Shown: positions 62,533 through 64,000 of the stretch, in pieces | How positions within the stretch are numbered: position 1 is the stretch's first letter | Layout of the letters: each line of letters starts with the position of its first letter | Assembly: GCF_009914755.1 (NCBI RefSeq) | Contig: NC_060925.1 | Direction: 5' to 3' (one strand) | Source: the human T2T-CHM13v2.0 reference genome, Homo sapiens | DNA: 64,000 bases | Notes under the pieces: generated by a model | What the model was told of the DNA's origin: nothing | The model's database searches: none | Seen by the model: the letters and a program-made list of their open reading frames with translations, nothing else | Translations under genes and position numbers: made by a program

Positions 62533-63051
62533 TACATTTGAAATTTTTAAACTGTCGTTGTGTTAACTGTTGAATTAAAATTTAAGTGTTTGGTCTGAAA
62601 GTATTACTTCTGTTTCTTTGAATCTCGAGGTACTCTAACATTTAATGTTTATCATATATTCAGATGAGTATGGAATAAGATCATGTATCATCTATGTTAT
62701 TTAACTATGTCCATATTGTAGTTTTCCAAGCTAAATTATGACAATTATACTCTATATCTGTGGTTTTTAAAAAAATGCTACTGTCAGAGCACATCACATT
62801 ATGTATATAGTAAGCACTTTGTAGATACCTGCCAAATTTATTTAAATACCTTACATTTGGCTTCCCTACCAGAGCAGTGCCTGCAGTAGAACAAATTGAG
62901 CTTATTGTCTAAAACTCTTAGTAATTGTACAGTTACTCAGGAAGTCACTGGAAGAGGAAACGACAATGGTCCTAAAAATTAGACGAATTATAGCAAAGTA
63001 TGACTTTTTAAAATTTTACTCAAAGCAGTGGGAGAATATAATACATTTTTA

Positions 63052-64000
<949 letters not shown>

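Overview
Human (primate) genomic DNA from the interior of BTBD8 (double-BTB protein; the long isoform is KIAA1107/APache) on the + strand. Seven coding exons (by recollection exons 3-9) splice in frame with GT-AG boundaries. The last one can read through its donor to a stop codon and an ATTAAA signal, giving the short isoform ending ...IQSLVSIT. The introns are repeat-dense (Alu, L1, L2/MIR, ERV1/ERVL/MaLR LTRs, Tigger/hAT) and hold a GAPDH processed pseudogene (-) and a full-length PRKAR1A processed pseudogene (+). Less obvious contents: a ZNF329-like retrocopy fragment fused to L1, a BC200 retrocopy, a 24-nt U6 retrocopy, a polyadenylated LTR12/MER51-type fragment with TSDs, a ~1.37-kb segment copied from 14 kb away into an Alu, a ~208-bp local templated duplication, and a near-spacerless inverted Alu palindrome. 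There is no prokaryotic system or CRISPR array, and I found no new protein-coding system. Gene and repeat-subfamily names come from memory and by-eye comparison, not database searches; repeat boundaries are approximate.
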